Source: Candidatus Hermodarchaeota archaeon (GTDB taxonomy: Archaea > Asgardarchaeota > Lokiarchaeia > Sigyniarchaeales > SOKP01). From it: a stretch of DNA of 64,000 nt. This document shows positions 18,389 to 28,069 of the stretch, in pieces. The position numbers were made by a program, and so were the translations under genes. Positions within the stretch are counted from its first letter, which is position 1, and the number at the start of each line of letters is the position of its first letter. The notes under the pieces were generated by a model, which had not been told where the DNA came from, ran no database searches, and was given only the letters and a program-made list of their open reading frames with translations. The stretch lies in assembly GCA_048885535.1 (NCBI GenBank), contig JBHLLO010000001.1, forward strand, positions 3,721-67,720, in the 5' to 3' direction.

Positions 18389-21115
18389 CTAATATAAGTT
18401 TAATTGATGTAATAAATCATCTAATATCTTCTTATTTTCGCTATTATTTGGATCTTTTATTAATCTTTTTTGATAGAAGATAACATTACCATATCTTAAC
18501 TCAATATTATTAAATCTTTTGATCCAAGACATAAATTGATTTAAATAGTCTTGTACTTCCGGGTCGTCTTCGAATAATCTTACGTCTTCTTTTCTTTGGG
18601 GGGAAAGGATCATATTTTTATATTTTTTCATGGTATATCCTTGTTTTTTTAATAATTGAATATTGGCTTTACGTATAAAAGCTTCTAAACCGCTTCTCCA
18701 TCTAACATATTGTTCATTAATTCTGTCGATTGATTCTTGAACCTCTTTTATTTCTTGTGGAAATATTGTAGTGTTGTCTTTAGTCAAAATCTTTTTAATC
18801 AATTGAAATTCTGAATCAAAAAGCCTATTATAATTTTTTACCATTCTTTCAAACTCATCTAATACAACGTTATAATCTTGATTGAATAAAACGCCAAAAC
18901 TAGAAAATGTAAGAGATTCTTTATCAAATGTTCCCTTTAACTTTCCTTTACTTATCAAATTCTCTGTAATTGAACATAATAGTTCAAGATCCTTTTCTGA
19001 TAATTCTTTACCATAAAAAAGATCTTTGAATGAAAAATTATAACTATTTTGGAGTATTAATTTTTCAATTCCATTTTTGGTATAAAATTTAACTTCATCA
19101 TCATCATCATAAAATATCCCTTTAATTTCTTCATTATCCTGCATCTCACTAAGTAAATTTTTTGCTGAACTTGATGTTGTATCAATATCTCCCAAAAGAA
19201 TATAGTCTTGTGTTTCTGATTTCTCCATTAACATATTCCTTATTTCTTTTTCAGCTTCTTTAATTTTATACTCATTAAAAATTAAAGTATCTCCTTTCTT
19301 TAGGTATTTAAGCTCCAAATTATTTATAAAATTAAAAAAGGCAGATTCATCCATGCCAGTCTTTTCAAGGTATTCTCTAATATTTATTTGATCTTGATTT
19401 TTTATTTCATCCCCAATAAGATTAAGGTTTTCATCTATTTTCCTTAAAATAATTTCCTTTTGAATATTTAATTCTCTTGTTAATTCAATTACTTTTACTT
19501 CTTTTTCTTTAATATCATTGACTTGATTTATGTTTTCTATCTTTTCATTTATGTATCTTGAATAATAAAATATCTCTTTATCATTGTTAAACAAACCACT
19601 TCGTGGATCAACAAACTTATCTAAAACGTCAACCAATAAAACTTTATCAATATCTAATTTTTCAGAAATTTTTGGAATAGACAAATAACCCAAAATTTTA
19701 GAATTTTTAATTTCATTTTCGATTTTCAATAAACCTAAATTTGTTAATAAAATAGTTCCCTTGCGATAATTAGTTAGATAATCTTTGGGAAGATTTTTAA
19801 TTAAGTTAATAAAACTTTTTTCAGTTAAGGTTTCACGATATGATTTTAAATCAACAGTAATATGTTTTGCCGCATTGGAGTTAATTTCTTTGGTAATTGT
19901 TTTTAAAGAATAAAATATTGAACGAGTTTTCCCTACTAAGAATTTCTTCTTTGTAGAAAAGGATATCTCTTTCAATATTTTTTTTAATAGATTTATAGGT
20001 AAATAATCAAATTTCTGAATATTTAAGATTCCATCTTTCTTAATTACTTTTTCAAACTGATCTCTTAGATAATTATAAGGGTAGAAATATCCTAATTCTG
20101 AAAAGTAACCATTTATTATATTTAATTTTATCAATGTTTTGATTACAAGTTCTAATTCGTGATCTGATTCAATGATATATAGAAAATCTTTTATTAACTG
20201 CCTTGAAATCTTTTTATTTTGCTCAAAGAAATTTATTAATTTTATCTTCTCAAATTCATAAATATAGACTTCATCATTTTCCTTATTTTTTGTATAAAAG
20301 TACACTTCTTCATCTTTAAAGCGGGATCTTCTTATCTTATCGATGAGTGTTTTTAATCGAATATTACTTTGCTTCCTTAAACCTGTTAAGTTATATTTTT
20401 TTAAGATCACAATACTATCGATTAACTCATATAATTTATTTAAATCCTCTTTTTCATAGTTAACATCTTTTAAAGGGTCAAAAAATTTCCTACATAGCTC
20501 AAATAATTTATTATAGAGAATTGCTTCACATTTTCCTCTTAAATTTAAAGAAATTCTTTTTATTATTTGTTTAAACCAAAATATATCACTGAAATAAAAG
20601 TTTTCACAATTACTTAGGAAATCTAACAGGGAATATAAATTAGCATTACTTTCTTCAATTAAGAGAGCATTTAGTATGTTTTCTTTATAAGTGCATAGTA
20701 TTTGGGGGTTAACTTTTACTATTTCTTGGAGAAAATAATGGACATTGCTTCTTATATCTGAATTTTTCTCAGTTAAAGCTTGGATAAAAAAACACAAATA
20801 TTTTTCAAGATAAATAGAATTGTATATCATTCCAAATCCTAATATGATTAAAGAGTTCAACTTTAATTCAGGTGAATTCAAAAATTCTTGGACTTTTTCC
20901 AATAAATCATCAGAAATATATTTAAAATTATTTTCCGCTAAGACACTAAAAATATAAGTTATTAGAATTTGATTATCTTCTTCTTCTAATAGAATTTTTA
21001 AATCATTTATGATTTTGTTGATTTTTTCGTCCTTATTTTTGTTTAAATACTTATTTAACTTCCCAACGACACTCTCAAGAACTTGATTATCTTTAAAATC
21101 TTCCAAATTAAACAT
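18389..21115 (-). CDS. Large hypothetical protein: N-terminal ARM/HEAT-like helical region followed by several winged-helix-like modules
   Basis: 908-aa uninterrupted ORF in an AT-rich genome. Recurrent modules look like WH domains, e.g. GYLSIPKISEKLDIDKVLLVDVLDKFVDPRSGLFNNDKEIFYYSRYI, REYLEKTGMDESAFFNFINNLELKYLKKGDTLIF and ENLISKGKLKGTFDKESLTFSS. Confidence 0.5.
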   Translation of the reverse strand: MFNLEDFKDNQVLESVVGKLNKYLNKNKDEKINKIINDLKILLEEEDNQILITYIFSVLAENNFKYISDDLLEKVQEFLNSPELKLNSLIILGFGMIYNSIYLEKYLCFFIQALTEKNSDIRSNVHYFLQEIVKVNPQILCTYKENILNALLIEESNANLYSLLDFLSNCENFYFSDIFWFKQIIKRISLNLRGKCEAILYNKLFELCRKFFDPLKDVNYEKEDLNKLYELIDSIVILKKYNLTGLRKQSNIRLKTLIDKIRRSRFKDEEVYFYTKNKENDEVYIYEFEKIKLINFFEQNKKISRQLIKDFLYIIESDHELELVIKTLIKLNIINGYFSELGYFYPYNYLRDQFEKVIKKDGILNIQKFDYLPINLLKKILKEISFSTKKKFLVGKTRSIFYSLKTITKEINSNAAKHITVDLKSYRETLTEKSFINLIKNLPKDYLTNYRKGTILLTNLGLLKIENEIKNSKILGYLSIPKISEKLDIDKVLLVDVLDKFVDPRSGLFNNDKEIFYYSRYINEKIENINQVNDIKEKEVKVIELTRELNIQKEIILRKIDENLNLIGDEIKNQDQINIREYLEKTGMDESAFFNFINNLELKYLKKGDTLIFNEYKIKEAEKEIRNMLMEKSETQDYILLGDIDTTSSSAKNLLSEMQDNEEIKGIFYDDDDEVKFYTKNGIEKLILQNSYNFSFKDLFYGKELSEKDLELLCSITENLISKGKLKGTFDKESLTFSSFGVLFNQDYNVVLDEFERMVKNYNRLFDSEFQLIKKILTKDNTTIFPQEIKEVQESIDRINEQYVRWRSGLEAFIRKANIQLLKKQGYTMKKYKNMILSPQRKEDVRLFEDDPEVQDYLNQFMSWIKRFNNIELRYGNVIFYQKRLIKDPNNSENKKILDDLLHQLNLY

Positions 21116-21134
21116 TATTACTGTACTTCAATGT

Positions 21135-21362
21135 TCAGTTCAATAAGAATTTTTTGATTGGTTCAAATTCTAAAAGAGCTTCAATATTCGGAAGAATAAT
21201 CGTTGGGCTGGTTTTTTCCAAATCCCCTTTAACTCCATGACCACTTAATAATGCAATACTTCTAATTCCTGCATTCTTAGCAGTTTCAATATCAGTTGGA
21301 GGGTCCCCTCCAAAATAAACTACTTAAGAATTTACTTTGGTCTTAAATCTAATGAAAAAAGG
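21135..21362 (-). pseudogene. Remnant of a HAD-superfamily hydrolase (C-terminal third only, internal TAA)
   Basis: My reverse translation gives PFFIRFKTKVNS*VVYFGGDPPTDIETAKNAGIRSIALLSGHGVKGDLEKTSPTIILPNIEALLEFEPIKKFLLN*. It carries HAD motif-III/IV-like GD..D...AKNAGI. Stops lie at 21363-21365, 21324-21326 and 21135-21137. There is no start codon and no N-terminal DxD region. Confidence 0.5.
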
Positions 21363-21501
21363 TTACATGGATTTAATCTTGAGGTTTTTTAAATGTTATA
21401 TTATTCTGTGTATAAGAAGGTTTTTTAAATAGCATTTCTACATATATTGTTAATAACTCGTTTATTTATTAAAAAAATATAAAGATTGCTAGAACAAGTA
21501 A

Positions 21502-22188
21502 GTGATAATTATGCCTGAAAATAAAGTAAAATCTATAACTGAAATTAAATTACGATCTTATCCAAAGGTTATTTTCTTTTACCCTCTGCTTATTGCAAGT
21601 TTTATTTTATGGATTTGGCAGTGGGTTCTTACAGCTTCTGGGGCTCCAGAACCAGAAGCTTGGTTGGGTAATATTTGGGTTATTATCTTTTTTGTGAATC
21701 TCTTTATAATAGCTTTTGACTTCTCATCTACTAAATTCTTCCTTCTTCTTCTTGCTGTCGTAATTATTGTGTTGGTAATCATATTTTTGATCCCAGGTGG
21801 TATTATACCCACTACTACATTAACATTTAATTTGAAATTAACAGCAGAATTTTATTTTGTTGCTATGATCATATTAATTTTTATTTTGGGATTAGTTGTT
21901 CTTAGTGCTCAATTTGACTATTGGAAGATTGAAAGAAATGAAATCTATCACAAAAGAGGTATTTTTACTTCAGCAGAACGAATTCCAACTAAAAGTTTAA
22001 GAATTAAAAAGGAAATTCCAGATGTATTTGAATTCTTTGTATTAAGAGCTGGTTCTATTACACTTATGCCAGGACACGGTGATGTAATTCCTTTAACTAC
22101 CGTTTTAAATGTAAACAAAAAATCAGAACAAATTGATTGGCTCCTAAGTCATATTAGTATGGAACCTGATGAATTAGACTCAGTCTAA
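21502..22188 (+). CDS. Membrane protein (about 4 TM) with C-terminal soluble domain, possibly bacterial-PH-like
   Basis: 228 aa. GTG at 21502 or ATG at 21511 (MPENKV). Hydrophobic helices are followed by WKIERNEIYHKRGIFTSAERIPTKSLRIKKE. Confidence 0.5.
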   Translation: MIIMPENKVKSITEIKLRSYPKVIFFYPLLIASFILWIWQWVLTASGAPEPEAWLGNIWVIIFFVNLFIIAFDFSSTKFFLLLLAVVIIVLVIIFLIPGGIIPTTTLTFNLKLTAEFYFVAMIILIFILGLVVLSAQFDYWKIERNEIYHKRGIFTSAERIPTKSLRIKKEIPDVFEFFVLRAGSITLMPGHGDVIPLTTVLNVNKKSEQIDWLLSHISMEPDELDSV

Positions 22189-22263
22189 AACATAAAAACA
22201 ATTTGATAAATATCATTATTTTTTATTTTTTTATCATCATAACTTTAAAGTAATTTTTAGTAC

Positions 22264-23016
22264 TTAGAAATAATCTCTAATAGATTTTATCATTCTGTAA
22301 GAATATTCAATTTGCTTATTTCCTTGATTGCTTATCCCCATATGACCAGGAAGTAGATATTTTACATCTAAGTTGGAAACAAATTTAATAGAATCGGTCA
22401 AAACTTTTAAAGATCCACCAGGAAAATCATAACGACCAAAGCTTCCTCCTGTAAACACTAAATCTCCGGGAATTAAGATTTTTTTTTTAGGTTCATAGTA
22501 TGTTATTGATCCTGTAGAATGCCCTGGAGTATGAAATATCTGAAAATTAAAATTTTCATTTACTTTAATAGATTTTTTATCGCTTAACTCCTCCACTTCT
22601 AAGGGAATGATACGAACACCAAACATACTAGGTGTAATTCCGAGATTACCAGGGAAAATACTTGATTCATCTCCATCTAGTAAAATTTTGGCAGTGTTTC
22701 CATATGCATAAATTTTGGGTGCCTTTTCATTTAATAGATTCATTAATGGATAAAGGCCAAGAACGTGATCAACATGTTCATGAGTAATATAGATTTTTGT
22801 TAAATTCTCATAATCTAGATCAACTTCTTTCATTCCTTCTATTAATCCTTTTAAGGATATGCCATTTCCTGCGTCAAAAAGTGCCAATTCATTGGAATAA
22901 GAATCTTTAATTATATATTGATTGCAATCTAGCATAGGATTTTCGTTAAAGTAATAAAGATTTTTAATTACTTCTTGACTTTTCTTTTTTGAACTACTAA
23001 TTCCTGAAAAAAACAT
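22264..23016 (-). CDS. MBL-fold metallo-hydrolase
   Basis: 250 aa. HxHxDH motif in YITHEHVDHVLG, later HTPGHSTGS and LPGH. Confidence 0.8.
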   Translation of the reverse strand: MFFSGISSSKKKSQEVIKNLYYFNENPMLDCNQYIIKDSYSNELALFDAGNGISLKGLIEGMKEVDLDYENLTKIYITHEHVDHVLGLYPLMNLLNEKAPKIYAYGNTAKILLDGDESSIFPGNLGITPSMFGVRIIPLEVEELSDKKSIKVNENFNFQIFHTPGHSTGSITYYEPKKKILIPGDLVFTGGSFGRYDFPGGSLKVLTDSIKFVSNLDVKYLLPGHMGISNQGNKQIEYSYRMIKSIRDYF

Positions 23017-23113
23017 GATTTAAACCTTACAAAAATAAAAATTACTATATTTTAATGTTTTTCTATTCAAAAAAATAAAAAATAATTAATTTTAAAAAAA
23101 TGATCTATTTACT

Positions 23114-23524
23114 ATGAGAGCAGTCCCACCAAATAATAAAAATATTGAAAACTTGAAAAATAAAATAGGATTCGGAATAAAATTTTGGTTAGAATTCCAA
23201 AATGATAAACAAAAGAACATTTTAGGTTCAGGCTGGGCAAGATTGTTAGAAAGTATAGATGTATCACAAAAAGAAGAGAATAAGTCTTTAACATTAGCCG
23301 CAAAAGAATGTGGCTATTCATATAAATATGCATGGAATATTCTAAAAAGAATTGAAAAAAGAACTGGCATGTCTCCTGTCATAACAGGGAAAGGTGGAGC
23401 TGGTGGTGGAGGGTATGTAAAATTGAATGAATGGGGTAAATATTTATTAAAAACATATAAAAACTTATTATTTGAATTAAAGGAAATTGAGAAAAGACTT
23501 GAAAAATCCTTTAAAATAGCCTAG
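23114..23524 (+). CDS. ModE-N-terminal-like winged-helix regulator
   Basis: 136 aa. SLTLAAKECGYSYKYAWNILKRIEKRTG...GKGGAGGGGYVKLNEWGKYLL matches the ModE/LysR-type wHTH with its Gly-rich loop. It has no TOBE domains. Confidence 0.6.
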   Translation: MRAVPPNNKNIENLKNKIGFGIKFWLEFQNDKQKNILGSGWARLLESIDVSQKEENKSLTLAAKECGYSYKYAWNILKRIEKRTGMSPVITGKGGAGGGGYVKLNEWGKYLLKTYKNLLFELKEIEKRLEKSFKIA

Positions 23525-23618
23525 TAATTAGATTTTAATTTTATCTCACATTATTAAATTTAAAAAACTCATTAAAATTTCATTCTTTAATTTAATTACA
23601 TAAAAATAGGGTGTTTTT

Positions 23619-24044
23619 TTGGAAAAGAAAATTCGGATGTTCAATGAAATTAAGGTATCTGAATTTATGATAAAGAATCCTATTTTTATAACTCCTAATG
23701 AGAAAGTTAGTACTACTGAACTTTTAATGTTAAGAAAAAATATAGGTAGTCTTCCAGTCGTTAATAATTCTAAAGACAAAAAAGTAATTGGTATCATTAG
23801 TCAAAGAGATATTAGATTAGCTCGATTTGCTATGGATTTAGAAACACCTAATACAAGAGTAAAAGATTTAATGACTCCAGATCCAATTGTTGCCAACAAA
23901 ACAGATTCATTAATTCAAGTTTTAGAAAAATTAGTAAAGAATGATATTGAACGCTTACCTGTAATAGATACCAACCAAGATTTAATAGGATATATAACTA
24001 AACAGTCTATTATAGAAACGATTTATAAATGCATAAATGTCTAG
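23619..24044 (+). CDS. CBS-domain pair protein
   Basis: 141 aa. TTG at 23619 or ATG at 23637. Two CBS repeats: VSEFMIKNPIFITPN...GSLPVVN...GIISQRDI and VKDLMTPDPIVAN...RLPVID...GYITKQSI. Confidence 0.75.
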   Translation: MEKKIRMFNEIKVSEFMIKNPIFITPNEKVSTTELLMLRKNIGSLPVVNNSKDKKVIGIISQRDIRLARFAMDLETPNTRVKDLMTPDPIVANKTDSLIQVLEKLVKNDIERLPVIDTNQDLIGYITKQSIIETIYKCINV

Positions 24045-24250
24045 AAAAGAGATTTAATAATATCCTCCAATGATTGATGAAATACAGGCTTTTAAGTTAT
24101 TAGTAAGGAAGTTAAATATATCATATTAAGACAATTTACTAAATTTGTACATGTTTTTAAAAAAAACACATACATATTTTTATTACTATCAATACTTTAT
24201 GTTTATAGATATTATTGTTCATAAAAATCAAAAATTTAAAATGAAATAAC

Positions 24251-25777
24251 ATGGCTTTACCTTTACCGGGAACACCAATTATTCTTGACATAGGATCAGC
24301 GTATACAAAAGTAGGATTTGCTGGTGAACCTAGTCCTCGATTTGTGTTTCCCACTATAACTGGCACTGAAAAGTATAAAGCTGTAATGGTTGATGTGAGT
24401 GCAAGGAACATCTATGTGGGAAATGATGCTGCAAAGATGAGAGGCGTATTAAAGATTAAACGTCCTATAGAGAGAGGAGCAATAATGGATTGGAATGATT
24501 ATTACGAACTTTTAAATTATTGCTTTTATTCTCTGTTAAGAATACCTGATCTTTCTCAATATCCTGTTTTATATACAGAACCTCCTTTTTTACAAAAAGA
24601 AACTAAAGAATATATAGCTCAGGTGTTATTTGAAACACACCGTGTAAAACAGTTAATAATGGTTCCGACCCCTATCTTATCTATATTTAGTGTAGGATTA
24701 ACGAATGGTTTAGTTATTGAGAGTGGAGATGGTCTTACTTGGGTTTGTCCGATTATAAATGGTCAAATTATTGATCAAACAGTGCAAAAGTTAACTTTAG
24801 CAGGCACCGATGTTAATCAATATCTGAAAAATCTACTAATGCGAGAAGGGATACATATTGAATCTAGTGCTGTAGACGAGATTGTTAAGGATATGAAAGA
24901 ACGAAATTGTTATTTTGTAATTGATCCAAAAAACCCTCCAAAAAAGGATGAAAAATTTAGTACTGCCATGCCAGATGGTTCCACCTTAAGCGTTCCACAC
25001 TATATCTTTCATGAAGCTCCTGAAGTATTATTTCAACCTAGCCTAATAGGATATCCAATTAATAATATCCCTCAAGCTGTTATAGGAAGTTTAAACGGAA
25101 TAGACAAATACTATTGGAGTGAATTACTATCTCATGTTGTATTATCAGGTGGTAATTTATCTTATTCGGGTTTTGAAGAACGGTTAAAGTTAGAATTATC
25201 AAATTTACTCCCACAATTAGGCAAAATTCCTAAACCAAAACGAGATAAATCTAAAGAGAAAGAAAAGCCACAACTTAAGTCGGTTGAGGGATCAAAGAAA
25301 AAGCAAGATACTTGTCCACATTGTGGTTATAGAGTAGATTTATCAGATGGTAAAGAATTATGTCCCTCTTGTGGCGGCAGAATTGTTTTACCAGAACTTA
25401 CGATTAGTTTAGATAAATCCAGTAAAGGAGCCCCTATTATTGATGGAAGGCTCTTCTGTCCTAATTGTGAAAAAGAAATATCTGATTTTTCATCTATTTT
25501 TTGCCCATATTGTGGAAAGAGTGTTGAAACTCCCGAAATTAAAAACAGTGCAAAAAAGGGTATTGATTCGCCACCTCCTGCTAAAGAATTTGCTGGCTTT
25601 TACGATTCATCAGAAGAAGTTTTGAACTTCTTTGTCCCTGATAATCTAATATACGCAATATTTAATGGAGCTGCGATTTTAGGAACACTCCCCTCGTTTC
25701 TAAGACTATTTGTCACTTATGAGCAATTTCTTTCGAATAAGGACCTTTTATATAAAGATATAAGCGAAATTTTTTAA
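24251..25777 (+). CDS. Actin-family ATPase (actin/Arp-like) with internal double zinc-ribbon insertion
   Basis: 508 aa. Phosphate-1 ILDIGSAYTKVGFAGEPSPRFVFPTITG, phosphate-2 VIESGDGLTWVCPIINGQ, adenosine motif VVLSGGNLSYSGFEERL, C-terminal LIYAIFNGAAILGTL. The insert at nt ~25220-25620 contains CPHC...CPSC and CPNC...CPYC. Confidence 0.85.
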   Translation: MALPLPGTPIILDIGSAYTKVGFAGEPSPRFVFPTITGTEKYKAVMVDVSARNIYVGNDAAKMRGVLKIKRPIERGAIMDWNDYYELLNYCFYSLLRIPDLSQYPVLYTEPPFLQKETKEYIAQVLFETHRVKQLIMVPTPILSIFSVGLTNGLVIESGDGLTWVCPIINGQIIDQTVQKLTLAGTDVNQYLKNLLMREGIHIESSAVDEIVKDMKERNCYFVIDPKNPPKKDEKFSTAMPDGSTLSVPHYIFHEAPEVLFQPSLIGYPINNIPQAVIGSLNGIDKYYWSELLSHVVLSGGNLSYSGFEERLKLELSNLLPQLGKIPKPKRDKSKEKEKPQLKSVEGSKKKQDTCPHCGYRVDLSDGKELCPSCGGRIVLPELTISLDKSSKGAPIIDGRLFCPNCEKEISDFSSIFCPYCGKSVETPEIKNSAKKGIDSPPPAKEFAGFYDSSEEVLNFFVPDNLIYAIFNGAAILGTLPSFLRLFVTYEQFLSNKDLLYKDISEIF

Positions 25778-25911
25778 TTATCTTTTTTAATCTATCTACT
25801 TCTATTGTTTCCAAAAATTATAATTTATATCTTTTAATATAGTTAATTTTTAATTCCAAGCTATATTAAAAAAATTAAAATTTATTTTCGAGCACATTGA
25901 GGTTTTTTTAA

Positions 25912-27012
25912 TTGAAAAATAAACTACGGAGCTTAATTACAATAACCGTAATATTTTCACTATTTCTAATTTTGCTTCCAACAGTTGCAGCTAAATCAAG
26001 GCAGAGCTATTTAGTAGATTTTTTATATCAAAATTATGATGAAAATAGAAGATTTGGTAATTCTTATGAGGATACATTCTATGCCTTGGAAATAATTGAT
26101 TACTATAATTTATATTCAATACCAGGCTTATTCGGAGATGAAGTTAAAATCGATAAGACTACTTTTATTGATTATTTAGAAACCAAGGTAGAAGAAATGT
26201 TCGATGATGAAGAAATTAACCTCTACGATTTATTCTATATATTAAGTTCGCTGGATATCTTAAATGGATTAGAATCATTAGACTCCAATTACAAATTCAA
26301 GATTTACAAGTATTTAAACCAGACTATAAGCCCGTTAGGAGGATTTTCAATTACAAATTCATCAACTGTAGTTAATTTAATATCAACCTATTTTGTGTAT
26401 AATATATATTCTTTAATTGAGGAACCTATAGTTAATCAAACACGCCATATAGACTGGATTCTTTCATGTAATAATACAGATGGTGGGTATGGAGGGAATA
26501 AAACTTTACCCTCAACTATTTTGACTACATTTTATGCAATCCATTTAATCAATGAATTTTCAACTACACTTGTCAATGAATCTGCTACGTTAAATTATTT
26601 AACTTCATTCTTTGGTAGTGACTCATATGATAAAGTTAATTATGGTGGATATTATCCAACCCTAATATCTAGCAATACCCTATTAAGTAGCACTTATTAT
26701 TGTGTCAAAGTAATAGACTCAATTGATAATAATGAATTGCATTATAGCATAACAACAAATTGGATATTGGCACGTCAAAATTTTCAAGATGGTGGATTTA
26801 TTGATGAACTTTTTGCCCTAGGGCAAGGAATTTCCTCAATTGGCGCATCGTATAACGCATTTAAAGCATTACAGGTTTTAAACGCACTCAGTTATCTCAA
26901 TCAAGATGTGTTTATGGTAGAATTCAACTACATAGTGTTAATAATTTTACTTTCAGTAATAGGAATTATTGCTATAATCATTGTATTTGTTTGGAAAAAA
27001 AGAAAAATATAA
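25912..27012 (+). CDS. Secreted, C-terminally membrane-anchored protein with prenyltransferase/terpene-cyclase-like alpha/alpha-toroid repeats (tentative)
   Basis: 366 aa with a TTG start. Signal-like N-terminus KNKLRSLITITVIFSLFLILLPTVAAKS. Spaced repeats PLGGFSIT, TDGGYGGN and QDGGFID. C-terminal TM helix followed by KKRKI. Confidence 0.45.
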   Translation: MKNKLRSLITITVIFSLFLILLPTVAAKSRQSYLVDFLYQNYDENRRFGNSYEDTFYALEIIDYYNLYSIPGLFGDEVKIDKTTFIDYLETKVEEMFDDEEINLYDLFYILSSLDILNGLESLDSNYKFKIYKYLNQTISPLGGFSITNSSTVVNLISTYFVYNIYSLIEEPIVNQTRHIDWILSCNNTDGGYGGNKTLPSTILTTFYAIHLINEFSTTLVNESATLNYLTSFFGSDSYDKVNYGGYYPTLISSNTLLSSTYYCVKVIDSIDNNELHYSITTNWILARQNFQDGGFIDELFALGQGISSIGASYNAFKALQVLNALSYLNQDVFMVEFNYIVLIILLSVIGIIAIIIVFVWKKRKI

Positions 27013-27122
27013 CTATTATCTTATTTTTAATAATCATCTAATAATATTTAATTAAATTTTTGGTTTACAATCTTATATATTGATTTTTTTATTCTTTGAA
27101 TAATTTTATTGCTTGATTAATC

Positions 27123-27980
27123 ATGGAAAAAATCCTTGATGGTAAAAAGTTAGCAGAAAAGCTTAATTCTGAATTAAAAGTAAATATAATTGATATATAT
27201 AAAAAAACTGGAATTAAGCCAAAACTGGCAGCCATACTAGTAGGTGAGGATCCTGCTTCAGAAATTTATGTTAATATGAAGAGAAAAAGATGCGAACAAG
27301 TGGGTATCCAATCAATTTTAATGAAGTTAAATGAACAAGTTACAGCAGAGAAAATATTAAAAGAGATAGATAAATTAAATAATGATGAGACAGTTCATGG
27401 CATTCTATTACAGATCCCTTTACCGAATAAATTCACAGAGATTAAACAAAAAATATTAAAAAGGATATCTCCCCTTAAAGACGTTGATGGTTTTAATCCT
27501 ATAAATAAGGGAAGGCTTTTCGATTATGAAGAAGAATTAGCTCCCTGCACTCCTAAAGGTATTATTGCTTTACTAGAATATTATAACATCAACATTAACG
27601 GAAAAGATGCGGTAATTATAAACCGTTCTAATCTTGTAGGGAAACCTCTCATTTTTATGCTTTTAAAACGCAATGCAACAATTACAGTTTGTCATACTTC
27701 AACTAAGAGAATTGAAGATCACATGAGAAGAGCAGATATTTTAATTGTAGCGGTTGGTAAACCAAAATTCATAAAAAAAAATCATATTAAAGAAGGCGTT
27801 ATCATTATTGATGTTGGACAGAGTAGAGTTGAAGGTAAACTGTACGGGGATGTTGATTTTGAAGATGTATTAGATAAATGCGGGGCAATAACACCTACTC
27901 CTGGAGGAATTGGACCTTTAACTGTAGCTTTCTTACTCCAAAATACTTTTATAGCGTATAAAAAACAATTAAAAATTTAA
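27123..27980 (+). CDS. folD: Bifunctional methylene-THF dehydrogenase / methenyl-THF cyclohydrolase
   Basis: 285 aa. ILDGKKLAEKL, AAILVGEDPASEIYVNMKRKRCEQVGI, GILLQIPLP, TPTPGGIGPLTVAFLL. Confidence 0.9.
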   Translation: MEKILDGKKLAEKLNSELKVNIIDIYKKTGIKPKLAAILVGEDPASEIYVNMKRKRCEQVGIQSILMKLNEQVTAEKILKEIDKLNNDETVHGILLQIPLPNKFTEIKQKILKRISPLKDVDGFNPINKGRLFDYEEELAPCTPKGIIALLEYYNININGKDAVIINRSNLVGKPLIFMLLKRNATITVCHTSTKRIEDHMRRADILIVAVGKPKFIKKNHIKEGVIIIDVGQSRVEGKLYGDVDFEDVLDKCGAITPTPGGIGPLTVAFLLQNTFIAYKKQLKI

Positions 27981-28069
27981 AAAATAACACTTTAGAAGAA
28001 ATAGAAATAAATATATTTAATACAAGACATATAGAGGACTATCAATAAAATTAAATACTTTTTGAAAAT

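Noticed and set aside
24071-24130. TGATGA (C-box-like) sequence in the spacer upstream of the actin gene, considered as a C/D-box sRNA
   Set aside because: There is no CTGA D box at the appropriate distance and no terminal stem. Other spacers containing CTGA lack a C box.
23112-24411. Minus-strand ORFs 23112..23333, 23546..23797 and 24157..24411
   Set aside because: Each overlaps a better-supported plus-strand gene (ModE-like, CBS pair, actin) and translates to hydrophobic low-complexity sequence. 56506..56751, which overlaps the wHTH gene start, was rejected for the same reason.
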